NCBI GenBank assembly: GCA_965216785.1
Contig: OZ244197.1
Coordinates: forward strand, 800,001 to 864,000
Source of the DNA: Thermodesulfobacteriota bacterium
GTDB lineage: Bacteria; Desulfobacterota_D; UBA1144; Nemesobacterales; UBA2774
Direction: 5' to 3'
Length of the DNA stretch: 64,000 nucleotides
Below the pieces are notes generated by a model. The model did not search any database, was not told where the DNA came from, and saw only the letters and a program-made list of their open reading frames with translations. Below, piece after piece: positions 19,899 to 28,973 of this stretch. Position 1 is the first letter of the stretch, and every line of letters begins with the position of its first letter. The position numbers and the translations under genes were made by a program.

Positions 19899-20795
19899 CT
19901 ATCCAAGCGCTTTTCTCAAAAACCCGTCATTATCGGCCAAAATCTTCTTGGCTTCTTCAAAGCTTACATCTTTTACTGCCATAACTACCGAAGACTTAAC
20001 GTCCCACCCAGATTTCTCAAGCAGCTCAAGAGCACTCTTTTCATCCACGTTCCCGATATGCACTACAATCCTCTGAGCCCTGTCCCTTAACTTAGACGAG
20101 CGAGGCTGAACGTCCACCATCAGGTTCCCGTATGTTTTGCCCAGCAGCACCATCGAAGCCGTAGTCAGCATGTTGAGCACCATCTTGGTTGCCGTGCCCG
20201 CCTTCATCCGTGTTGAGCCCACCAGAGCCTCGGGGCCAACGAGTAGTGATATAACGACATCCGCTGAATCCTCCTGAACAGGATTACATGTCACCAATAT
20301 CCTTCCGCTGCCCATTTCTTGAGCGTGTTTAAGAGCGCTCTGTACGTAGGGCGTTGTAGCGCTCGCGGCTATACCTACCAATACGTCTTCAGAGGACAAT
20401 CCCGCCTCAGATAATGCTAGTACCGCATCCTCACCCCTGTCTTCTGCCCCTTCAACCGATTGCCACACTGCTCCCTTGCCCCCTGCGATGATTGCTTGGA
20501 TTAACTCCGGATCTGTACCAAACGTAGGTGGACACTCGGCTGCTTCCATCACACCGAGCCTCCCGCTCGTACCGGCGCCTATAAAGAAAATACGTCCTCC
20601 GTTTCTAAGTTTGCCGACTATTAAATCCACAGCGGAGGCAATATCGCTCCTCACTTTTTCAATTGCGTCTGTAATAGTCCTGTCCTCATTCAAGATGAGT
20701 CCAACGAGCTCTGCGGAAGAGCACTTATCCAGGTCAACAGTTCTTGGATTTATCTTCTCGGTGATGAGATGTCCGGTTTTTCTACTTTCATTCAC
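19899..20795 (-). CDS. murQ: N-acetylmuramic acid 6-phosphate etherase
   Basis: GAGTSGRLG...AAECPPTFG, EGAED, GPE...GSTRMKAGTATKMVLN, NLMVD. Confidence 0.96.
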   Translation of the reverse strand: MNESRKTGHLITEKINPRTVDLDKCSSAELVGLILNEDRTITDAIEKVRSDIASAVDLIVGKLRNGGRIFFIGAGTSGRLGVMEAAECPPTFGTDPELIQAIIAGGKGAVWQSVEGAEDRGEDAVLALSEAGLSSEDVLVGIAASATTPYVQSALKHAQEMGSGRILVTCNPVQEDSADVVISLLVGPEALVGSTRMKAGTATKMVLNMLTTASMVLLGKTYGNLMVDVQPRSSKLRDRAQRIVVHIGNVDEKSALELLEKSGWDVKSSVVMAVKDVSFEEAKKILADNDGFLRKALG

Positions 20796-20887
20796 AGTAG
20801 GTATTATATCTTGTATTACGGTACAAATTAACCGGGCTTGGTATTAGATTGACTTTTATTACCGATTATAATAGATTTTGTTGAGTC

Positions 20888-20961
20888 GCGGGTGTAGCTC
20901 AGCTGGCTAGAGCATAAGCTTCCCAAGCTTAGGGTCGCGGGTTCGAATCCCGTCACCCGCT
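20888..20961 (+). tRNA. tRNA-Gly (anticodon CCC); CCA end not encoded
   Basis: Acceptor stem GCGGGTG/CACCCGC, D-arm GCTC/GAGC, anticodon arm TAAGC-TTCCCAA-GCTTA, T-loop GGTTCGAATCC, discriminator U. Confidence 0.96.
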
Positions 20962-21028
20962 CAACTTAACATAAACTTTTACATTTACAGTAGTTTGAGA
21001 TAGCGGATGGAGTTAACGCTACTTTGAC

Positions 21029-22111
21029 TTAGTTTGTCGCGGAAGTGTTCCCGTCGGCCTGATTTTCCTTTTCCTGATCCACAAGATAGCGGACAGCGGC
21101 CCTTACGAACTTGCTCCTCTCAGCCTCTCCAAGTATTCCCTTCAGACTGTCATATATGCTCGGGTCTATGAGCAGCGCGCCCAATGTGCCGTCTCCTCCC
21201 CTCAGCATGTCTGAAATCTGCCTGAAATTTATCATGGTAGCTTGTAGCTCCGTGACCACGCCGTCCTCGCCGTTAAGCTTGCTTGAAGCATCACTAATGT
21301 TGGCAAACGTGTTGTCTATGTCCTCTGAGAGCTTGTCATTGTAAATGAGTTCATGAAGAGTCCCGTCCCCGTTATTGATCTCATTCATCAGCTTATCCAG
21401 CTTTGCCACGGCCTTATTGAGCCTTACCAGCGTATTCTCTTCGAGCGCTTTGCCTTTTGCGTCTTTCGGACCGTAAATCATTGTATTCAGTATCCCGTCC
21501 CCGCTCTCTATAGCTTGAAGGTTTTTCTGAATCGCCTCTGAGCTTGCCTTAACTGAAGCGATCGTTTTACTAATATTCGATATATTCTCCTCTTCCCCAA
21601 ATCCTTTTACTATTCTATCCAGGTTCTTTGAAATACTTATTACATTAGCGAGTAAGTCTCCTGACTGCCCAAGGATACTTGTGAGCTCAAAAGGAGTTTC
21701 GCTCTGGATCTGCACTACATCCGGTGGATCGGTCAAAGGTTTTTCTTTACCGGGCATAATCTCAATATATTTATCTCCCAAAAGCCCTTCTGTCCGTATT
21801 GTTGCCTCAGAGTCCGGATTTAGTCTTTGCATCCCTTCTTTACTAATCTTCATGGAAACCTGGATAACCTTTTCACCTTGAGGCTGTTTTGCAAAGTCTA
21901 TATCCGTCACAGCACCGATGCGTACACCGGAGAGTCTGACGGCCGCACCCCTAATTAGCCCCGCCGCGTTTTTAAACGAAGTATTCACAGTATAGCTTTT
22001 CTCGAAAATGCTCTGGTCCCCGGTCAGAAACATAACTATCATAATAAAAATGCTTACCGCTATTACAACGAATAAGCCTACTCTAAAATAAATTACCCTC
22101 TGATTTTTCAT
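21029..22111 (-). CDS. MlaD/MCE-family protein with a long helical C-terminus
   Basis: N-terminal TM; GL..GA.V.L.GV.IG.V and A.I.TEGLLGDKYIEI.PG MCE motifs. Confidence 0.9.
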   Translation of the reverse strand: MKNQRVIYFRVGLFVVIAVSIFIMIVMFLTGDQSIFEKSYTVNTSFKNAAGLIRGAAVRLSGVRIGAVTDIDFAKQPQGEKVIQVSMKISKEGMQRLNPDSEATIRTEGLLGDKYIEIMPGKEKPLTDPPDVVQIQSETPFELTSILGQSGDLLANVISISKNLDRIVKGFGEEENISNISKTIASVKASSEAIQKNLQAIESGDGILNTMIYGPKDAKGKALEENTLVRLNKAVAKLDKLMNEINNGDGTLHELIYNDKLSEDIDNTFANISDASSKLNGEDGVVTELQATMINFRQISDMLRGGDGTLGALLIDPSIYDSLKGILGEAERSKFVRAAVRYLVDQEKENQADGNTSATN

Positions 22112-22440
22112 TCCATTTATCTCCCGAATATAGGGTTAAAACTTTTTATACTCAAATATTGTTATTTAGGTTTTGAACCCCGCCGTATTAAGTATAGAAG
22201 ATTATACGTAACAATTCGGCAATTCTCAAAGCATATATGAGCTGTACACATCTATTTATTCCGAATAATCTCAATATATTATAAGTCACGTAATACACTC
22301 CTTAAATTGCAAACTTGGAATTTTCAAGCAGTCCGCTAAAATAATAGTCTTTATTGAAGAGGTCGGCGCTTTTTAATTACTACAATGTAATTGTGTTTAT
22401 ACCTTAGCTGCCTAACCCGTATCTCAGAAGGAGTAAGAAA

Positions 22441-24003
22441 ATGCAAAAAATTACAAGGGCTGTCATAAGCGTCTCTGACAAAGAGGGAATTACTGATTTC
22501 GCCAAAGGTCTAAGCGATCTGGGTATAGAGATTTTATCTACCGGCGGAACCGCTAAAAAACTCAGGGACGAGGGGATAGAGGTAAAAGATATCTCCGATT
22601 ATACCGGCTCTCCCGAGATACTGGGAGGAAGAGTCAAAACGCTCCATCCAAAGCTCCACGGCGGCATTTTAGCGCTGAGAGACGATAGTTCTCATAAACA
22701 GCAGATGGAAGAAAACAATATCGAACCTATTGATCTTGTCGTGGTCAACCTATATCCCTTTGAGGAAGTGATAAAGAAAGAGTCCACCGATCTTACCGAA
22801 GCAATTGAGAATATAGATATCGGCGGCCCCACAATGCTGAGAGCCGCAGCTAAAAACTATAAGCATGTAACCCTTATAACTCACCCTGAGGATTACGGGT
22901 CTGTACTTGAGGAATTAAATAAAGAGGGCGGTTCTGTAACTGAAGAAACAAACTTCAGACTTGCTGTGAAAGCATTTTCATACGTAGCCCGCTACGATGC
23001 AGCAATCTCAAACTACTTAGGCGCTGTGACTAAAGAGGGAACAAAAGGAAAATTCCCGGAGAGTCTGACCATACATATGAATAAGAGAATGAAGCTCCGC
23101 TACGGAGAAAACCCCCATCAGGAGGGATCGTTCTACGTCGAGTCGGATATTGACCGTCCTTGCATATCAAATTCTACGCAGCTACAGGGTAAAGAGCTTT
23201 CTCTCAACAATATATACGACACGGATGCGGCACTAGAAGCTGTTAAGGACTACCAAGAGACCGCCTGTGTTGTAGTGAAACACAACAATCCTTGCGGGGT
23301 TGCAACAGACGAGAAAGTAGTAGAGGCCTTTCTAAAGGCCAAGGCCTGTGACCCGGTAAGCTCCTTTGGCGGTATTGTTGCCTTTAACAGAGAAGTTGAT
23401 GAAGCCACTGCTAAAGAGCTTGCAGCCATGTTCCTTGAAGTTATAATAGCTCCCGGCTACTCGGATAAAGCCCTTGAGATACTAGCCGAGAAAGGGAACC
23501 TGAGGGTCATGAAAACACCGCCTCTCGATAAAGGCGTGAAAACAGGTCTCGACTTCAAAAAGGTCGTTGGCGGAGCGCTTGTGCAGGACAGGGACGCGGG
23601 CATTGAAAATGACTTCAATGAGATGAGGGTGGAAACAAAGCGTCAACCTACCGATGAGGAGCTCAGCGCGCTTAAATTTGCCTGGAAAGTATGTAAGCAC
23701 GTAAAGTCTAACGCTATAGTGTTTGCAAATGACGGACAAACTGTCGGCATTGGCGCAGGACAGATGAGCAGGGTCGATTCGGTCAAGATAGCCACGATAA
23801 AGGCCGAGCTTCCAACTAAAGGAGCCGTGCTTGCGTCAGATGCGTTCTTCCCCTTCAGAGACGGTATAGATGAGGCCGCTAAAGCCGGTATTACCGCGAT
23901 TGTACAGCCTGGGGGGTCTATAAGGGACAACGATATCATCGAGGCTTGCGACGAGCACGGTATCGCAATGGTGTTTACGGGCTTCAGACATTTTAAACAT
24001 TAA
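22441..24003 (+). CDS. purH: Bifunctional AICAR transformylase/IMP cyclohydrolase
   Basis: ISVSDK, STGGT, GRVKTLHP, IDIGGP, RYGENPHQ, KHNNPCG, ASDAFFPF and RHFKH motifs. Confidence 0.98.
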   Translation: MQKITRAVISVSDKEGITDFAKGLSDLGIEILSTGGTAKKLRDEGIEVKDISDYTGSPEILGGRVKTLHPKLHGGILALRDDSSHKQQMEENNIEPIDLVVVNLYPFEEVIKKESTDLTEAIENIDIGGPTMLRAAAKNYKHVTLITHPEDYGSVLEELNKEGGSVTEETNFRLAVKAFSYVARYDAAISNYLGAVTKEGTKGKFPESLTIHMNKRMKLRYGENPHQEGSFYVESDIDRPCISNSTQLQGKELSLNNIYDTDAALEAVKDYQETACVVVKHNNPCGVATDEKVVEAFLKAKACDPVSSFGGIVAFNREVDEATAKELAAMFLEVIIAPGYSDKALEILAEKGNLRVMKTPPLDKGVKTGLDFKKVVGGALVQDRDAGIENDFNEMRVETKRQPTDEELSALKFAWKVCKHVKSNAIVFANDGQTVGIGAGQMSRVDSVKIATIKAELPTKGAVLASDAFFPFRDGIDEAAKAGITAIVQPGGSIRDNDIIEACDEHGIAMVFTGFRHFKH

Positions 24004-24142
24004 TATACGACCAACTACAGCTCTTTAGTAAGCTAATATGAGCTTAATATCCAAAGCGACATAGCTGTATAAACAGGATCAGCGAAGAGCTATTTCTTTG
24101 CCGCTTAAACTAGCTATACAATCCAAATAGACACGCCCTATT

Positions 24143-24171
24143 TTGACCCTACTGGCAAGACACTATATAAT
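24143..24171 (+). promoter_or_regulatory. Sigma70-type promoter for the DsbA/FrnE-like gene
   Basis: TTGACC-N17-TATAAT, ending 11 bp before the ATG. Confidence 0.7.
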
Positions 24172-24182
24172 GAGATTACACG

Positions 24183-24773
24183 ATGAAAGTCACCGTATTC
24201 TACGACTACAATTGCCCCTTTTGCTACCTTGGGTCTATGAGCCTTAACGAGCTCTTAAAAGAATTTGAAATGGAAATCGAGTGGAAGGGTTTTGAGATTC
24301 ATCCCGAATTCCCGCCAGAGGGCAAGAAACGCTCAAAGTCAATGAAGTCCCTCAGAGTCAGCGGCGGGGTCATGGAGATGGCCCGAGAAGACGGATTTCA
24401 AATAAAACTCCCCGGATTCGCGGCAAACTCAAGGCTTGCACTGGAGGGCTCTGAGTTTGCCAAAACCAAAGGTCTCTTCAAAGCGTTTCACGAGAGTGTA
24501 TATGAAGCATATTTCAGGAAAGGCCACAACATAGGCGATATAAATTTGCTCCTCGAAATAGGTTCTATGATTGGTTTGGATAAAGAAGAGTTAGAAGATG
24601 CGCTGCTCAGCAGAAGTATGTACCAGAAGATAGAGGACAATAGGACGGAAGCTCAGTATAACCGTATTTTAGGCGTACCTACATATATATTCGGCAAATT
24701 CCCCGTACATGGTTACCAACCAACTGAAACATTCAGAAAAATAATCCAAAGAGCTATCGAAAGATCCCAATAA
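24183..24773 (+). CDS. DsbA-family (FrnE-like) thiol oxidoreductase, cytoplasmic
   Basis: DYNCPFCY active site, FEIHPE, GVPT cis-Pro loop; no signal peptide. Confidence 0.85.
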   Translation: MKVTVFYDYNCPFCYLGSMSLNELLKEFEMEIEWKGFEIHPEFPPEGKKRSKSMKSLRVSGGVMEMAREDGFQIKLPGFAANSRLALEGSEFAKTKGLFKAFHESVYEAYFRKGHNIGDINLLLEIGSMIGLDKEELEDALLSRSMYQKIEDNRTEAQYNRILGVPTYIFGKFPVHGYQPTETFRKIIQRAIERSQ

Positions 24774-24809
24774 AAAAACCCCTTCTCCCGCGCTAGGCAA
24801 GAGAAGGGG
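24772..24809 (-). terminator. Rho-independent terminator of the large outer-membrane protein gene
   Basis: CCCCTTCTC...GAGAAGGGG stem with a 7-nt U-tract on the minus strand. Confidence 0.75.
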
Positions 24810-24860
24810 CCAGAAAACTTTTACAAGGTGAACCGTAAGTAACCGGTTCCCTGGTTGTTT

Positions 24861-26450
24861 TTATTTGAAGAACTGATCTATGAAGATCATTAACCTACCC
24901 TGAATAGTCCAAGGAGTTTCGTCATAGTTAGTCCTGTCAGGATCAACTTGATTATCAGCTAATACGTCAATCGCCTGAGCAGTGAGTAACTCATCCAAGC
25001 TGTCTCCGGTGAATACTACGCCACCGATAAGATCAAAGCTTACTCCCGGATGTATATGCCAGGTAAGCGTACCTTCAAGCTCAGTACCCATGTATGAGCT
25101 AACGTTGTCAACAACTATACCGTTTCCGAGTATACCGTTAACTTCAACGTTGCTGGTCTGCTCGTTGAAAGCAACCAGTACCTGCGGTGTGAAGGAAATG
25201 GAGTCTATAAGCTTCACAGTTCCCCACAACCTTGCATAGTAAGCGTTTATAACGCTACCTTCCTGCTGATACAGGTTAGGTACTATGTGCTTGAAGAGAA
25301 GGTTGTCGATGTTGTAAGCCGGGTTAAACATAAGTCCACTACCGTTACCAGTTAAGGCATCGGAGTTTGCATTGTTACCCTGCGCCCAACCGAACTCAGC
25401 AGCAACGATCTTAAGTGGCCATCCCGGATATACTTCTGCGCGAGCTGCCCAAATCCAGCTAAGATCGATATCTAGATCAGATCCGTCTCCAACGCCTGTG
25501 CCCTGGAAGTTGATCTCACCCTGCCAAGCCTGGAACTCACCAACTAATCTCCAAAGGTCTGTCTTAACATCTAAGAGACCTGAGAAGAGGGTCAACCTGT
25601 CTAGATCAATACCGCTAACAGCAGTACCGCCAGCAGGAGGAGCCGGGTTAGTTCCACCTATGGTTAGGTTTGTCTGGTGAATGTATGGGAATACATAACC
25701 ACCAATCGTTAAGTTGGTACCCATAACGTTCGGGTTGTTGAAGATAAGAGCAAATGCTCCACCGTCCCATCCGTCACCGCCGCCTGTAACAACTGAGTTA
25801 CCCTGCGTGAATCTATCAGTAACGAATACGAATGTTATGGAAGATGAACCTGCAGCAAACGACTTAAGATACAGGAACCTGTCAAGAACAAAACCGAGGT
25901 CAGAATAAGGATCCCAACCACCGTTTGCCAGGATACCAATACCCCAGTCAAAAGGCTGACGTCCAACTCTTAAGAAACCGAGATTGTGCGGAAGCACTAT
26001 ATCGGCGTGCAACATTCTGACATCAAAGAATCCAGGATCATCAATCGCTCCCGAACCAGTCAGAAGTGCGCCTCTAAATCTATCGCTGAAAGATAGGCTA
26101 GAGTTAATGACTGTGCTACGTCCACCAACAAACTCGGATGTAGCTCCACCCCAGATGTTGTTATCAAACACGTTTAACTGTGTTCTGATTGTAACAGCAT
26201 CGCTAAGAACTAGCTGTGGGGTTAAACGCAGCGTGGTGTCTGCGAAAAAGATGTTGTCATTATTATCATTAAATCCGAGCTGCTTCGCGTTGTTGTTGCT
26301 CAACGCAGAAATAAACGTAGCGTTACCGATGTAACGCGCTCTCGTCCTCATAAAGCTAGGAAAGCCGCCTAGGGTGAGCTCTACTGCAAAAGTAGGAGCG
26401 GCCATGGAAAGAGCCAATAAAAACATAATAAGCCATTTGGCTTTATTCAT
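24861..26450 (-). CDS. Putative major outer-membrane beta-barrel protein/porin
   Basis: Signal peptide, amphipathic beta strands, RVGRQPFDWG, aromatic C-terminus (DQFFK), strong promoter and tandem SD. Confidence 0.65.
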   Translation of the reverse strand: MNKAKWLIMFLLALSMAAPTFAVELTLGGFPSFMRTRARYIGNATFISALSNNNAKQLGFNDNNDNIFFADTTLRLTPQLVLSDAVTIRTQLNVFDNNIWGGATSEFVGGRSTVINSSLSFSDRFRGALLTGSGAIDDPGFFDVRMLHADIVLPHNLGFLRVGRQPFDWGIGILANGGWDPYSDLGFVLDRFLYLKSFAAGSSSITFVFVTDRFTQGNSVVTGGGDGWDGGAFALIFNNPNVMGTNLTIGGYVFPYIHQTNLTIGGTNPAPPAGGTAVSGIDLDRLTLFSGLLDVKTDLWRLVGEFQAWQGEINFQGTGVGDGSDLDIDLSWIWAARAEVYPGWPLKIVAAEFGWAQGNNANSDALTGNGSGLMFNPAYNIDNLLFKHIVPNLYQQEGSVINAYYARLWGTVKLIDSISFTPQVLVAFNEQTSNVEVNGILGNGIVVDNVSSYMGTELEGTLTWHIHPGVSFDLIGGVVFTGDSLDELLTAQAIDVLADNQVDPDRTNYDETPWTIQGRLMIFIDQFFK

Positions 26451-26493
26451 CTCTCCTTACCTCCTTTGGTTTGGTTTTTAAAGTTCTGAGCTT

Positions 26494-26522
26494 ACTTTAT
26501 ATAAATTAAATACTTTTGTCAA
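26494..26522 (-). promoter_or_regulatory. Sigma70-type promoter of the putative major OMP
   Basis: TTGACA-N17-TAAAGT on the minus strand. Confidence 0.7.
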
Positions 26523-26711
26523 GAGGTTTTTTTACCTAACGCACCGTACCTCTTGAAACTTCTTTAATCTTCTCTCCGATTCTTTGATTCTACCACATTC
26601 TCATTAAAAATCTAGTTCTAATTTCACATTTATGAAAAATTCTTCATATTGCTCTTTAATATTGCTTTCCATTCAAATGTATCAGAATTAATGCAGTTTT
26701 GCAAACCCAAC

Positions 26712-26755
26712 TTTAACCATAACTTAACATCTACTTAATAATCGCCCGCTATCCT
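26712..26755 (+). promoter_or_regulatory. Pho-box-like promoter (three direct repeats plus -10)
   Basis: TTTAAC (26712), CTTAAC (26723), CTTAAT (26734) at an 11-bp period; TATCCT 10 bp after the last unit. Confidence 0.75.
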
Positions 26756-26763
26756 TGAGTGTT

Positions 26764-27462
26764 ATGAAGCTACTGATACTATCTGACATACATGCCAACT
26801 GGCAGGCACTTGACGCTGTGTTAAACAAAGAAAGCTACGATGGACTAATATTTCTGGGCGATGCCGTAGATTTTGGTCCCGATCCCGGAAACTGCGTAAG
26901 GTTTCTGATGAATTCATCAAAACGCAGGTTTTGGGCCGTCAGAGGCGACCATGATTATGGGATGGCTTATGGTTTAAACAGTAAATGCACCAAAGAGTTA
27001 AGAGATATATCGGCAATCTCAAGAGATTGGGGCGAAGGTTATCTGGGTGGAGAAGAGGTCGGCTTCTTAAGAAGACTTCCCGCTGTTAACACTTTTAGCA
27101 TTGAAGAAGACGATTTTGAGCTGGTACACGGCTCTGAGCTCAGTTCATGCAAGATTAGGTGTTTTTATGAGAGATCCGAGCCAAACAATGAACGCAGAAG
27201 ATTTATACTCGTAGGCCATTCGCATAAACCCTATATAAAGAACTACGGTAATACAACCATTCTCAATCCAGGCTCGGTAGGGCAACCTCGGGATTTTAAC
27301 CCCAGAGCCTCTTACGCTGTAATAGAAAACGGAGAGACCAGGGTCGGCAGAGTAACTTATGACATAGAAAAGACAGTAAAGGGACTAGAGAAAAGCTCTA
27401 TGCCGGTGGATGTTACAGGAAAGCTAACCTCTGTGCTAATACACGGCGGAATAGTTAATTGA
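26764..27462 (+). CDS. Calcineurin-like metallophosphoesterase (YfcE-like)
   Basis: SDIHAN, GDAVD, GDHD (GNHD is usual), VHG, GHSH and NPGSVGQPRD motifs. ATG 26764 preferred to TTG 26755. Confidence 0.85.
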   Translation: MKLLILSDIHANWQALDAVLNKESYDGLIFLGDAVDFGPDPGNCVRFLMNSSKRRFWAVRGDHDYGMAYGLNSKCTKELRDISAISRDWGEGYLGGEEVGFLRRLPAVNTFSIEEDDFELVHGSELSSCKIRCFYERSEPNNERRRFILVGHSHKPYIKNYGNTTILNPGSVGQPRDFNPRASYAVIENGETRVGRVTYDIEKTVKGLEKSSMPVDVTGKLTSVLIHGGIVN

Positions 27463-27537
27463 TGTAGACGGGCTGTTTAGCTTGCGCATTATCTTTTCCC
27501 GTATTACCGCATATTTACACCTATTCCGGTTTAAATA

Positions 27538-28875
27538 CTAAAAGTAAGCTTGGAACTGTATCCTCAAAGCTTTTTGAGTCATATCCGGTACCCCCTGGGT
27601 AAACGTATCGTTTATGAACGAATAGCTTAGCTGAAGCTTCCATTTGTTGCTTTTTGATATGTAGTAATTAATCCCGGTTGTAAGCTCCGAGCTATCATCT
27701 CTCAGAACCTCCCCAACTCCAGCTTCCGCAGGAGAAGTATCATAATCTACAAAAGCCCATCTTCCTGCTATCTCGATCAAATCCGGGACCATAAATATTC
27801 CTGTTTGTACACGAAATCCCTGATCGTACACGGTTTCAGTGCCGCCAATTTCAGGTTCTATCCACCTGCCTAGATAAGCGGCTTCAACGTTAAACATAGG
27901 AAGCTTATACGCAGCGTCCCCGGTAATCGATACTACATTGCCTTTCTCTATACCCAATTCGATGAATCTTTGGATTAAAGCTCCCGAATCACCGTCGTTT
28001 TCTTTAACGCTTAAAGCGGGCAAGTAAACCAGAGCTGCCCCAAGTACAGATACCGGCGCTTTCGTAAAGTCCGGTACTATCGCGTAATCCCCGCCTATGG
28101 GAAATCCTCCACTGCCGTACTCTAGTGTTCCTCCGAAATTTAACTGCACTCTTGCTGCAATTGTTTCAGAATCAATAGACGAAGCATCTGCCGTATCGTC
28201 TGTTGCGGGAGAGGTAAACACAGCCGTACCATATGCTAAATGACTGCCTAAAATACCGTATAGACCGCCGCCGATTTTTCTGCCTAATGAAAACTCGGAA
28301 TTTACGATAGAGCGCTCGACGAGTAGCAGGGCTGTCCCGGAGTTTAACTGTTCTCTGTTAAAAGGAACCTTAAACTGTCCGATCCTGGGAAAAATCTTAC
28401 CAAAATATACAGCGTCCACATAGAAATCCTTAAACTCTACGCCGCTACTATCCCCGCCTTGGCCAAGCTTAACATTATCTCTACTGAGCTGGAGAACATA
28501 TTTAAGCCATGGTCTAAATACGTATCCGTCAAACTTCATCCTAAGCCTTCTGAAAAACAGATCGGTATCCGTATCATTATTATTATCTGTTAGAGAAAAT
28601 TGGAGCTGGATGAGCGTTTTGTAACGTACTCTGAAATTCCCTCTTTTCGTCTCGAATACAAGACCGTCGTCATAATGAGACTTTAAGAAGTTATAGAATG
28701 CTCTGGGCCTGGAGATTAATTTTCTAACAGGTTGGGGACTACTCTCACTTTGCTCAGAAGTTACCTCTTCCTTTACGGCAGGATCACCCGTTCCTTCCGG
28801 CTGCGCATGGGAATAGGAACCGGACAGCGCTGCAAATACGGATGTATAAATCGCTAATAGTAATAGATACTTCAT
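27538..28875 (-). CDS. Phosphate-selective porin OprO/OprP family (paralogue 2)
   Basis: Signal peptide; RRLRMKFDG, GQFKVPF.RE.LNS, GINYY; C-terminal QAYF. Confidence 0.8.
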   Translation of the reverse strand: MKYLLLLAIYTSVFAALSGSYSHAQPEGTGDPAVKEEVTSEQSESSPQPVRKLISRPRAFYNFLKSHYDDGLVFETKRGNFRVRYKTLIQLQFSLTDNNNDTDTDLFFRRLRMKFDGYVFRPWLKYVLQLSRDNVKLGQGGDSSGVEFKDFYVDAVYFGKIFPRIGQFKVPFNREQLNSGTALLLVERSIVNSEFSLGRKIGGGLYGILGSHLAYGTAVFTSPATDDTADASSIDSETIAARVQLNFGGTLEYGSGGFPIGGDYAIVPDFTKAPVSVLGAALVYLPALSVKENDGDSGALIQRFIELGIEKGNVVSITGDAAYKLPMFNVEAAYLGRWIEPEIGGTETVYDQGFRVQTGIFMVPDLIEIAGRWAFVDYDTSPAEAGVGEVLRDDSSELTTGINYYISKSNKWKLQLSYSFINDTFTQGVPDMTQKALRIQFQAYF

Positions 28876-28973
28876 GTTATAGCCCCGCCGCGTTATATGA
28901 TTTTAGCTCAGGGTGTTTGAGAATCAAAATGATGGTTACTCAAGGGAACTTCGTTTTTCAGCTATATTTCATA

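Noticed and set aside
20888-21030. tRNA-Gly as an island integration site
   Set aside because: No adjacent integrase, no duplicated tRNA 3' end seen and no composition shift.
22112-22440. ZTP (pfl) or purine riboswitch upstream of purH
   Set aside because: I could not find the conserved GACUGGCG / CGCCUGGG elements or a purine-riboswitch fold; the region looks like AT-rich divergent promoters.
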